A stretch of DNA of 64,000 nt from Rhizophagus irregularis (GCF_026210795.1 NC_089430.1:806001-870000); one strand, 5' to 3'; positions 11,745 through 21,700 are shown, numbered from the stretch's first letter. Made by a program: numbers and translations. Notes: a model not told the origin generated them from the letters alone.

Positions 11745-11960
11745 ACCTTTCAATATGTATTAATATTTCTGGTGATCAATACATATCAATGCCTTTCAAT
11801 ATGAATCAATTCCTTTCAATACGAATCAGTGCTTTTCAATACATATCGGTATCCTTCAATGCATATCAGTATTCTCTTTCAGTGCGCATCAATAAGTATA
11901 AATGTGTCTCAATACCTTTCAGTACGCACCAGTAATCTTTTTTTCAATGAGTATCAATAA
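11745..11960. repeat. About 8 copies of a 20-bp-period repeat (consensus ~CTTTCAATACGTATCAGT) between divergent genes
   Basis: gcctttcaatatgaatcaat / tcctttcaatacgaatcagt / gcttttcaatacatatcggt / atccttcaatgcatatcagt occur at exact 20-bp spacing from 11791, with looser copies on each side. Confidence 0.75.
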
Positions 11961-12048
11961 GCATTAGTTTTGCCAAAAATAATCCACTTTCTTACAAGTT
12001 TAAGGCCTTAGCTGATTTTTTTTTGCCTAAAAAAAAAATACCAATAAA

Positions 12049-13071
12049 ATGCCCCAGATCCGTACCTTAAAAGATCTGAATAATGGTAATAAACTTGGGG
12101 ATACTCCAGCTAATTATTATCCACCCAGTCGAACAGATCTTGAAGAGCAACTTTCTTGTGCAAAAAAAGATCATGAAGTAGCTATTTATTGGGGAAGTCA
12201 GTTTGCAGATAACTATGATGTCTTAGATAGAAAAAACAAGCGCATGCAGGATGACTTGGATAAATCCAAAAATGAAAATGAAAAACTTTCCGACTGGGTG
12301 CACCAACTTGGAGAAGAGATAAGACAATTGCATTTAGATAAAAATGAGCTTATGCTTCAGATTACTCGCAAGGATATTTCTCTTGCAGATGCTGAAAGTA
12401 AATTCTCTATAAAATCGGAAGAGACGCAAGCCTTCCAATCCAAAACAAAGGAAGAAATACAGGCTCTCCAATCAAGAGTAAAAGAATTAGAGCAGGATGC
12501 TTCTTTAGCACAAGATGAGATATCAGAAATAGTTTCTCTCAAACGCAAATTGGAACTGAAAAATGTGGAACTAACTACTGAAAATATTGGTCTAAGTTTG
12601 GCAAAAGATGACTTAGAAGACTTATTGACCGAAAAAAAAGATGAATTGGCACAGATAAAAGATGATTTAGTCATAGCGCAAAAAGCATTAATAGAAAAAG
12701 ACTCCCTCCTTCAAGAAGCTAATGATCGTTTAGCTGAGCAGATCTCCCAAACATCTAGCGAGTCTGAAGTGCTTGGAGGTGATAAAGGACTGGAGAAAGG
12801 TATCGAAATCACTAGTCCTAAAACAACCTCAGATTCACCTTATTACTTATTTTTTCAGTATGCAATCATCTTCATAATAGTATTACTAATCATATGCATT
12901 TTATGGTGTGTATTCTCTCGTAGAAATTCTTCTTACAATGAAGAAAAAAATATTTCGAACTATAAAATACCCTTAAATAGAAATCAGAGTTATGCTTTCC
13001 CAATCCGATACACAGAAGAACCAAAAGACAGGACTGCCTCCTATGAAACTTCGTCTTTTGGATATGGATGA
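12049..13071 (+). CDS. Coiled-coil protein with a single C-terminal transmembrane helix
   Basis: About 200 aa of heptad-like sequence, then YYLFFQYAIIFIIVLLIICILWCVFS followed by RR; no N-terminal signal peptide. Confidence 0.75.
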   Translation: MPQIRTLKDLNNGNKLGDTPANYYPPSRTDLEEQLSCAKKDHEVAIYWGSQFADNYDVLDRKNKRMQDDLDKSKNENEKLSDWVHQLGEEIRQLHLDKNELMLQITRKDISLADAESKFSIKSEETQAFQSKTKEEIQALQSRVKELEQDASLAQDEISEIVSLKRKLELKNVELTTENIGLSLAKDDLEDLLTEKKDELAQIKDDLVIAQKALIEKDSLLQEANDRLAEQISQTSSESEVLGGDKGLEKGIEITSPKTTSDSPYYLFFQYAIIFIIVLLIICILWCVFSRRNSSYNEEKNISNYKIPLNRNQSYAFPIRYTEEPKDRTASYETSSFGYG

Positions 13072-14042
13072 GGTCACTAAACATGAATCATCCCGAAATA
13101 TTGGACATCCACACACGTCAAATGACCAAAAATAGGCAAAAAAAATGGCGCAAATCGCATAAACTATTCGCAAATTTGTATAAACTATTTACAAATAGTA
13201 TAGGTTAATTCGTAAACAGCCAAAAACAGCCAAGAATAGCCAAGAATAGCCAAGAATAGCCACTGCTTTTCGCGCCATTTTTTTTGCCGATTTTTAGCAT
13301 TTCGACCTGTGCCAGCAATGACATGGCCTTTCAGCATGTTGGTCACTGGGAGAAGTGGTTCAGGTAAGACTAATTTACTTGCGAATCTTGTTCTTGGTAA
13401 TAAGGATGAATATGTGCAAAGAGGGAAGAAAGATGGGTCTCGCTACATCAAATGTGATGATCTAATTGTTTGTGGGTATCATCCTGATGAACCAAAGTGG
13501 GCATATGTGAGATACATATATAATATGATTTCGAAAGACCCAAGAGCATCTTACTATGAGAATATTAGTTTCAGTTATATTCCACCCGAAAGAATTCCTA
13601 GTACAAGAACATTCTCACCCGAAAGAAGTAAATTATTTATTTTTGAGGATTTGTGCCTCGCTTCAGATCATATACAAAATCGTATTGGTCAGTTTTTTGG
13701 GAATGGGCGTCACCGAAATATTTCATGTATATATATTACGCAAAGTATCATAAAGTCGATACATTCAAACGTGAAAACTCGACTCATTTAGTATTATTTA
13801 ACTCTGGTAGCAGTATCCAAGACGTGTCTAAGATTGTTGGACGATATATTGATGATGTAAAGGGTGCATCTATGGTTATTAATAATTACCTTCGAAAAGG
13901 CGAGTTTGTTGTATTTGATCTCACTAGGCCAGAAGATGATCCTCTTGCAATCCGCCTAAGGTTTGACACTCCACTGAACTTACAAAAGGAGATAGAGGCT
14001 AGGCAGAAGTGCAAGAAAAAGAGTGCCTCAGCTAATGAGTAG
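13043..14042 (+). pseudogene. A32-like (FtsK-HerA superfamily) DNA packaging ATPase, interrupted by a MITE and a 1-bp frameshift
   Basis: After MITE removal: MKLRLLDMDEVTKHESSRNIGHPAMTWPFSMLVTGRSGSGKT (Walker A), FIFEDL (Walker B), GRHRNISCIYITQ (arginine finger/sensor). A frameshift near 13745 leads to KYHKVDTFKRENSTHLVLF. Confidence 0.85.
13112..13311. mobile_element. 200-bp MITE, CACA...TGTG ends, ~40-bp imperfect TIRs, 3-bp TSD CCA
   Basis: CCA at 13109-13111 and 13312-13314; excision restores the ATPase frame; internal AGCCAAGAAT tandem. Confidence 0.85.
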
Positions 14043-14092
14043 AATCTAACTTCATAGATACTAACTTTTTTTCGTAATTATAAAAAATTAGA

Positions 14093-15223
14093 ATGGGGGA
14101 ACCAGTTATTTATATCGATCCTCAAAAAGCTCATGATTTAGACTGGCATCTTGCTTTGCAAAAAATATATTATCGTCCTGAAGGTCTTTATCAAAATGTT
14201 AAGGGATTATGGGATGCTTGTAAAAAAGCCGGCTACAGCTTTCCATTTATTGATATAAAAAAATGGCTTGAGGGCCAAGCAATGTATCAAATTTTTCATC
14301 CTTCACCAAAGCATATACCTTATGCCAGTTACTCTAAAATCACAAAGCCAAATACTGTACACCAATGTGATTTAATCGAAATACCATATGATGAAGATGT
14401 GGATACAGATTTACTAGATGATGGTCCAATATATTACTATGTACTATTGGTTATAGACTGCGCGACTAGATATAAAGATTTCGTTTTTTTAACATCAAAG
14501 AGCAGTGAGGAAGTTGCGGAAGCATTTAAGAGTATATATAATAATCCCGATAAGCCTCTCAACTGGCCTCGAAAATTGCAATGTGATAAGGGCACTGAGT
14601 TTATGGGATACGTAACTTTATTAATGGATGAACATGGCGTTGAGATCTGAAGAATTATAGCACGTTTCAGACATACAAGCTTGGCTATGGTCGACCGTTA
14701 TGCTGGATTATTCAAATTAAGAGTTTTTAAAAATCAGTATTCAATAGAGTTTCTCCTGCCTACTGGTAAGCGCTGTAGAGAATGTGAGCGGTTTGCAAGA
14801 AAAATTGTTGATAATATGAATGATAGCCCAACTCGATTGATTGGGATGAGTCCTAATGACGCCACAAAACTTGAGCAGATATATTCCAAACCATCAGTAA
14901 AATATAATCGCCCAATAGGTGTTGATGAACCACAACTACCAAAGGGTACTACTATCCGATTTTTGCTCGCTCCTGGAGAGTGGGAAAATGATCCTTTCGA
15001 ACGACGCAGAATAACAGATCCGATATGGTCTCCCAGCCTGCATAAGATTCGGAAAATTGTTGTTGGAAAGAATCCTCCAATGCCTATTTTATATTATTTA
15101 GATGAATCAGGACCCCAACGCCCTTTCGTGAGAGAACAATTGATGCATATTAAGGAAGAGCCCATGTTACCTCCTAGGTGGGTATTGGGAGATAACCGAA
15201 TACGTACAAGGCGCTCCTTATAA
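14093..15223 (+). pseudogene. Polinton/Maverick-type retroviral-like integrase with one in-frame TGA (14648)
   Basis: LQKIYYRPEG N-terminus, HQCDL, LVIDCATRY, PRKLQCDKGTEF, AMVDRY, and C-terminal DPIWS...LYYL...RPFVREQL. The two ORFs share a frame. Confidence 0.85.
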
Positions 15224-15713
15224 AAGTTTCTAAGTCTACTACACAGTAAGGGATTGTAATAAGGATTACTCCTTCCCGATAGCATAACGCTTTCTTTTTC
15301 CAATCATGCCAGATTTGTGCGTCTAGATTCATCTGACCTTGTGGGTGAAAAAAAGGGACGATTTGGTAATGTTGATTGCCACTATATTCAAAGGCCAAGC
15401 CTAACTCTTCATTGTATCCATCTAGATGTAATCCCTCCAAGAATTTAGGCTTTCGGGGTGGAAATTTTTTATGTAATAAATCCTCAAATATATACCGGCA
15501 TGTTTTTTCTGGTATATTAGGACAAATATTGCACCATCTATAATTCTGTTTCATATTTTTATATGGCGCCTCCCATTGATGGCCTTTTTTACATGCCCAT
15601 AAATATGTATTAGAACTAACTTTAGCTAAGCATCTTCCTTCACGCTTTTGGGCATATGCCAAAGCTTTAGTGTTAATATCATCTTGCATTTTATAGGTAC
15701 AATAGAATATCAT
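15174..15713 (-). CDS. Zinc-ribbon plus PD-(D/E)xK (Vsr/DUF559-like) endonuclease
   Basis: WACKKGHQW...WCNIC zinc motif and LHLDGYNEELGLAFEYSGNQHY nuclease motif, a type common in large DNA viruses. The likely start is MQDD near 15689. Confidence 0.7.
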   Translation of the reverse strand: MIFYCTYKMQDDINTKALAYAQKREGRCLAKVSSNTYLWACKKGHQWEAPYKNMKQNYRWCNICPNIPEKTCRYIFEDLLHKKFPPRKPKFLEGLHLDGYNEELGLAFEYSGNQHYQIVPFFHPQGQMNLDAQIWHDWKKKALCYREGVILITIPYCVVDLETFIRSALYVFGYLPIPT

Positions 15714-15941
15714 GTACAGAAATTTGCGATAGTGATTATTAGCTCTGGACTAGTTTGGTCAGAAGAATCGATCTGGATATATGCAAATCCAGATGCAAGT
15801 TCGAAAGTAAAATTAAACTTGGCTACTACTATTGCATAAGTAAAAAAATAAATATCGCCAATATTCTTAGCAGGAAGTGGCAATTTCGGCTAAGAGTACT
15901 TGACAATACAGCTCAACAATCTTGTCTATATATTCGCTCTT

Positions 15942-16409
15942 TTATATATTATTGATATTATCAAGTAGATCGATATCTTTTAACAATTTTTTCGTTTGTT
16001 TATAAAGATTTTGCCATTGTACATGAAATTTGTTTCGTAAGACAGAAGACTTAATAAGACAGGGAAGAATACTTGTAAGATTATTTATATGGGATTTGAT
16101 TACTGCATGAACATTTGCAATTTCTTCTCCTGCTGTAATCCAATCATAATACAGAGTATAAAGAACTGTATGAATACGGGTTATTTCTTGTTTACTCCAG
16201 TCTAACCGATATTTTATAAAATTAAGATCTTCACAAAGTTCCCTTTCTTTTTGCTTTAAAATAACTCGAAATGCTTCAAAATTCCATTGATGATTTATAG
16301 TAAGACAGGAATATAGTATATCTTTAATCTTGAGATTACTAAAAATTAATTCAAGCAGTTCGGAACAAACAAGTGGGCTAGGTCCAGCATTTTTTTGCGC
16401 AAGAAGCAT
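15942..16409 (-). CDS. F-box-like protein with helical C-terminus
   Basis: SELLELIFSNLKIKDILYSCLTINHQW matches the F-box pattern. Confidence 0.6.
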   Translation of the reverse strand: MLLAQKNAGPSPLVCSELLELIFSNLKIKDILYSCLTINHQWNFEAFRVILKQKERELCEDLNFIKYRLDWSKQEITRIHTVLYTLYYDWITAGEEIANVHAVIKSHINNLTSILPCLIKSSVLRNKFHVQWQNLYKQTKKLLKDIDLLDNINNI

Positions 16410-16800
16410 GGTGTATATGCAAGAAAGCAGTATAAAATAACAGAGAAACTAGCAAAGTTCAAAATAAAAATTCTATATAATTTTGAGCGAATATGCTTGC
16501 TAGCGCGGGCAAAATACTGGGTCAGTAGTAGTACCCCAAAGTAATCAATATAATAATGCCTAAAAGTAATCGATGTAGTAGTACTCCAAAGTATCCCAGA
16601 GTAAAAACTATACAGGAACAAGAGCTAGAAGGTGAAAACAAGCAAGTTTATGGTAACCCACTCAAGCAGAATTATATATAGGAAAGAAAAGAGAAATTTC
16701 ACTTGAGTGGCCTACCACCGATAGGCAGGAAAGAGACCGGAAAGGCAGAAAGGTTCAGGAGAATACACGAAAAAAGATATGAAAGCGATATAGCCTGAAC

Positions 16801-17070
16801 CAATTCGACACTTCGCATAAGCCTCACACAGCAATCAGAAAGGGCATATAAAGGGCGGGATTGCAAGAATGGGCACAAATTCGGCACTTCGTGCTTCATC
16901 CTTGGCAATCAAAAGGGTTATGGAAGGCAGGATTGCACATCTAGGTCACCAATTCGGCACTTCGTGCCTCATCCCTGGCAATCAAAAAGTGAGGGAATGG
17001 ATTGTGAAATGTCTTCGGCAAATAGATGGATTGCAAATTCGGCACTTTGTGCCTCATCCGGTAATCAAGA
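16801..17070. repeat. Four spaced copies of AATTCGGCACTTCGTGCCTCATCC...GCAATCA
   Basis: Copies near 16802, 16878, 16951 and 17036 (spacing ~73-85 bp); the core contains the GGCAC-TTC-GTGCC hairpin. Confidence 0.8.
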
Positions 17071-17110
17071 AATGGCAATTGAGAGGGAAGCAATTATGTG
17101 AGGGTGTTCC

Positions 17111-17310
17111 CACAGGTCGAAATGCTAAAAATCGGCAAAAAAAATGGCGCGAAAAGCAGTGGCTATTCTTGGCTATTCTTGGCTATTCTTGGCTGTTTTT
17201 GGCTATTTACGAATTAACCTATACTATTTGTAAATAGTTTATACAAATTTGCGAATAGTTTATGCGATTTGTGCCATTTTTTTTGCCTATTTTTGATCAT
17301 TTGACGTGTG
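17111..17310. mobile_element. Second copy of the 200-bp MITE, inverted, 3-bp TSD TCC
   Basis: Near-identical reverse complement of 13112-13311; TCC at 17108-17110 and 17311-17313. Confidence 0.85.
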
Positions 17311-17900
17311 TCCGGCACCAGAACAGTATCACGTGACTGGCACAGTAAGGCGCAGTATAGATTCGCTTAATTTTGCCCAGCACTATAATCCATATTTTTT
17401 GCATAAATTTCAGGATGCAATATCTCGGCATCCAGGCATCAGATTCATGCGATCTTAGCATCATTGGAAAACTCTCAACGTCCTCTTTCAAACGACTACA
17501 ATATCGCATGAAACCAATCACAGGATGCCAAGATATTCCGCCCTAAAGATCGGCCAGAAATTATACCATAGTGCCGGCCAAAATCTGATCCGCAAATTAA
17601 CTGCGCCATCTGACGATTTTTTTACACTATTTCAGCAACTTAAAAGGCCAGCAAATGGGCCACACCCTCGACCTCAAATATGGCAACCAAAAGGGTCATA
17701 GGGTGGAAAACCCAACTTTACTCCTATACAATTATTAAAAGGCTTCAGAATGGAAAAACAAACCTCTGCCCTGTTTAGCGACCAAATAGTCACAGACCAG
17801 TGAAAACAGATGGATAGCAATAAAGCATCAGAAGAGGCATAGACACGTAAAAATAAGTAAGTATGCATCAATATCTATAAGTAGGTATCACTATGGTGTA

Positions 17901-17960
17901 AGTAGATAGATTAAGTAGACATCACTATAATTATAGTGATGTCTACTTAATCTATCTACT
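17901..17960. repeat. Perfect 60-bp palindrome; putative right terminus of the large element
   Basis: AGTAGATAGATTAAGTAGACATCACTATAA|TTATAGTGATGTCTACTTAATCTATCTACT, preceded by degenerate TAAGTAG.CATCACTAT copies at ~17857-17894. Confidence 0.9.
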
Positions 17961-18972
17961 GAAGAAGACATCTCCATCTACCCTTTAATAAACCAAAAGC
18001 TTGTTTTACTTTGATTCTTGTTTGTGAATGTTTACGATTGAAATATGTTTGTTTTTGAATTAATCCTCTACCTATATCTTTATAAGGAACTATTAACCAA
18101 CTAAGATTCGGATATCCTCCATCACCTAATATGTATTTATTATTAAAAGTTGTTACTAAATTATTAAACTTATTATATAGATTAGAATTTACTAAAATTC
18201 TACTATCATGTGTAGAACCTGGCCAACCAACACATATATCTAAAAAACTTTTTTTATGGTCAACTACTGCTTGTAAAACAATTGAATAAAATCCTTTTCT
18301 ATTAAAATAATCTACAGGAAATAGATGAGGTGCTTTAATTGGTATATGACTACCATCAATAGCTCCAATAACATTAGGAATTCTTCCAGTACCTTTGAAT
18401 CCATTTGTAATTTCATTAATTTCTGATTCTGTATTTGGAAAAACAATTTTTTCTGCTAGAAATTTTGTAACTATTACATTAATAAAATCTCTTAATGCAT
18501 AACTAAAAGTTGATTCTCCCATTCCAAACCTATTACCTATAGACCTAAAACATTCTCCAGTAGCAAGAAACCATAATGATGCACCAACCTTTTGTTCCCA
18601 TGCAAGTCCAACTATACCAGGTTCTGTAATTTCTCTTCTTAAATGTGGTATTATTTCACAGCATAACCATTCAAATGTAGACCTGGTTAACCTAAAATGT
18701 CTTTTAAATTCAAAATCTTGCATATTTAAACATATTTCATTAAACCAATACTGAGATATTGATCTATTTAATCTTCTTAAATTGATGCACTCATTAATTT
18801 CTATTCTATTAAGTTGTAAATATAGCAAGTTTAAAGGTAAAATGTTAAAATTTTCTTCCTCTTCTTCTTGTTCAGTTTGATAAGTAGCAATTAAATTTTC
18901 TTCAAATTCATTATATTTAATAAGTATAATAATTGTTAATATACAAATTGAAATTTGGAATTCCCTATTCAT
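17961..18972 (-). pseudogene. PIF/Harbinger (HARBI1-like) transposase, 3'-truncated
   Basis: FKRHFRL, GAIDGSHIPI, YFNRKG, WPGSTHDSR, ILGDGGY and RIKVKQAFGLLKGRWRCL (catalytic E position is K). The stop codon is supplied by the palindrome. Confidence 0.9.
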
Positions 18973-19169
18973 TACTGAGAAAATAATATGTAATTATAAA
19001 AATTTATGTAAAATTTTAAAAGAAAGTACGAAAAAAAAAATTTTTAAAGCATAACGGTAAATCATTAATCTAATGTAACACAAAAATTTGTGAATCAAGA
19101 TTGAAACGTTAATCTCAATTTCAAGCTGATCTCAATCCCAATCTCAATCACGGGTTTTGTGAAGACCCC
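17961..19169 (-). mobile_element. 5' part of a PIF/Harbinger element
   Basis: Transposase plus a candidate TIR GGGGTCTTCACAAAACC (minus strand, ending ~19169) with subterminal ATTGAGATT repeats; the partner TIR is not in the window. Confidence 0.6.
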
Positions 19170-19339
19170 AGTGTCTTGCGTCTACTGCTATAGGCAACAC
19201 TGGGTAGCGTACTGTAACAAGATACCCAACGAATTTAAAGGCTATTGCATCAAATGTTGGACGTCCAAATCCCATTAAGCGAAAAACTGCAAATATAACG
19301 CTCGAAAGGAGCCATGGCTCTAAATTCTTAATTTTAAAT

Positions 19340-19454
19340 ATCTCTCTCTCTCCCTCTCTCCCTCCTTTTTTTTTAAAAACATCTCTCTTCCTCTCTCTTT
19401 TTTTTTAAAAAAATACCTCTCTCTCTCTTTTTTTTTCTTTCTTTCCCTCTCTCT

Positions 19455-19514
<60 letters not shown>

Positions 19515-19560
19515 CTTTCTCTTCTTCTTTCTCTCACTTTTCTACTCAACTTTTTTTTCA
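19340..19560. repeat. CT/poly-T low-complexity tract
   Basis: (TC)n runs and a T run longer than 40 nt. Confidence 0.9.
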
Positions 19561-19914
19561 ATATTTTTATCAATATTTTTTTTTGTTTTCTTCGTCCAAT
19601 AGGGGTTGGACGTAGATCTGATTGGGTCAGACCTAATCTGATTGGGGTCAGATTTATTTTTTTTTTGATTTTTTTTATAATTTTTTTTATGTAAATAATT
19701 TTAATTTTTAATATAATTTTAATAAAATAATAATATATATATATACTGTATATTGCTTAGACCGTTTACTGTTTTTAAAAAATTTTCTTATTACTTTACA
19801 ATTTAAATTATGATCATCAATAAAAATTTGTGTAAAATTTTCAAATTATTAAATAATAGTGTTTAATTTTTAAAGCTCAAAACACTGCTTAAATTTTTAA
19901 TGTTCAAAGTCTAA

Positions 19915-20510
19915 TATACTGCTTAATTTAAGAAAATTCGCGAGAATTTTTCTTGATACTGCTTAATTCTAATTCAGCTAATTTAATATTAAGGTTTTAA
20001 TTTAAAAATTAAGCAGTATCTTATTAAATCGTTCAGTTACACTAAATTTTTTTTTTTTTTTTGCGAACAAAAAAAAAAATTTCAAATTCAAAAAAAAACG
20101 AGTTTTTTTTTTAGTATGTTTTAGTCGTTATCAAGAAAAATTCATGAGAATTTTCCTTGATACTGCTTAATTCTAATTCAGCTAATTTAGTATTAAGGTT
20201 TAATTTAAAAATTAAGCAGTATCTAATTAAATCGTTCAGTTACACAATTTTTTTTTTTGCGAACAAAAAAAAAAATTTCAAATTCAAAAAAAAACGAGTT
20301 TTTTTTAATATGTTTTAGTTGTTATCAAGAAAAATTCGCGAGAATTTTCCTTGATACTGCTTAATTCTAATTCAGCTAATTTAATATTAAGGTTCTATCA
20401 AAGAATTTCTCGCGAATTTTTCTTGATGATCGTGATTTTTAATTTATAAATCAGACTTTTGAACTTTAAAATTAAGCAAGTATGAAGGAAATTTCTTGCG
20501 AATTTTCGGT
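19915..20510. repeat. Array A: ~200-bp tandem units containing the palindromic core AAGAAAAATTC-GCGA-GAATTTTTCTT
   Basis: Core plus GATACTGCTTAATTCTAATTCAGC at ~19930, ~20133 and ~20326; further degenerate cores at ~20400 and ~20487. Confidence 0.8.
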
Positions 20511-21249
20511 ATAAATCAGACTTCTGATGGATTTTTTATATGATCACGTGAAATTATCTATACAGTTTACAGTAGGGATCGGCATCGTACATGAATAAAA
20601 ACTGCGCACGACCTGCTAGATCATATGGAGATGATGTAATTTTTATTTGTGAAACTAAGGATATTGTTTGTTGTTTGAATCATTACCAATTACGTTTAAA
20701 GATATCTCTATACTTATTTGTGAGAATAAAAGATGATCGTAAAATCATATGAAATAAAATTAGTATATAAGGGAATTTTCTTGATATTCTCACGGGTAGT
20801 GGGATCACTGCATCCAAGTTTGATTCAAGTTTTAATAAGAGGAAAAAAAAAATTTTTTCTCTGCCATTTAATTAAAAAGATAAGTAAAAAAGACTATCAA
20901 TATAAGTATATTAAAAGGCAAAACCGTCAGTTTGCGCTGTGATATTCACAAAATAAATATTACATATATGAGAGTATTATTGACCATAATTAGATAATTA
21001 AATTGGTAATTTAAATTTATTTTAATAAATAAAAACACCCCTTTGATTTTTTAGATCAATTCGAGACAATTAATTTTTTTCTCTAAATTTTTAGATCGAT
21101 TCAACACCCTTATTGACCATAATTAGATTGTAATTAAATTTATTTTAATAAATAAAACACCCCCTTGATTTTTTAGATCAATTCGAGTTTATTAAATAGA
21201 CACCCTTTACAATTAATTTTTTCTCTGGATTTTTAAATCGATTCAACAC

Positions 21250-21700
21250 CCTTATAATTAATTTTTTCTGATTTTTATCGATTTAACATCTTTAACATTA
21301 ATTTTTCTTCCTTCTATTTTTTCCTCAAAAATTACCCTTATAATTAATTTTTTCTTTAATTTTTTATCGATTTAACATCTTTAACATTAATTTTCTTCCT
21401 TCAATTTTTTCCTCAAAAATCACCCTTATAATTAATTTTTTCTTTAATTTTTTATCGATTTAACATCTTTAACACTAATTTTTCTTCCTTCAATTTTTTC
21501 CTCAAACTTCCTTCATTCTTCCTTCAATTTTTTCCTCAAACTTCCTTCAATTTTTTCTTCTTCCTTCAATTTTTTCCTCCAACTTCCTTTAATTTTTTCC
21601 TCAAAAATCACCCTTATAATTAATTTTTTCTTTAATTTTTTATCGATTTAACATCTTTAACACTAATTTTTCTTCCTTCAATTTTTTCCTCAAAAATCTC
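21250..21700. repeat. Pyrimidine-rich tandem repeats
   Basis: Repeated CCCTTATAATTAATTTTT...ATCGATTTAACATCTTTAAC...TTCTTCCTTCAATTTTTTCCTCAAA. Confidence 0.8.

Larger units (their letters stand above)
1..17960. mobile_element. Large integrated virus-like element (Gag + aspartic protease + A32-like ATPase + Polinton-type integrase); left end outside window, right end at 17960
   Basis: Compact, mostly intronless gene cluster at 2624-16409 with gag/protease, ATPase and DDE integrase motifs. The right boundary is a 60-bp palindrome ending CTACT that abuts a truncated Harbinger transposase. No matching AGTAGATAG end and no remainder of the Harbinger ORF are seen to the left, so inclusion of 1-2600 is inferred. 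Confidence 0.7.

Noticed and set aside
16801..17070. CRISPR array
   Set aside because: Eukaryotic context, no cas genes, degenerate repeats, and spacers of uneven length that resemble each other.
16869..17237. 122-aa ORF
   Set aside because: Runs through non-coding repeats and into the MITE.
13112..17310. 200-bp inverted repeats as TIRs of a 4.2-kb ATPase-integrase transposon
   Set aside because: Each repeat has its own internal TIRs and its own 3-bp TSD, and removing the left one restores the ATPase frame, so they are independent MITE insertions.
2324..17357. TACTGCGCC / GGCGCAGTA as termini of the large element
   Set aside because: Only 9 bp with no convincing TSD; the palindrome/Harbinger junction at 17960 is a much stronger boundary.
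17901..17960. Stand-alone 60-bp MITE made of two TIRs
   Set aside because: The flanks (GGTGTA / GAAGAA) are not duplicated and the Harbinger ORF does not resume on the left.
19373..19573. Lys/Arg-rich 66-aa ORF
   Set aside because: Translation of a poly-T/CT tract.
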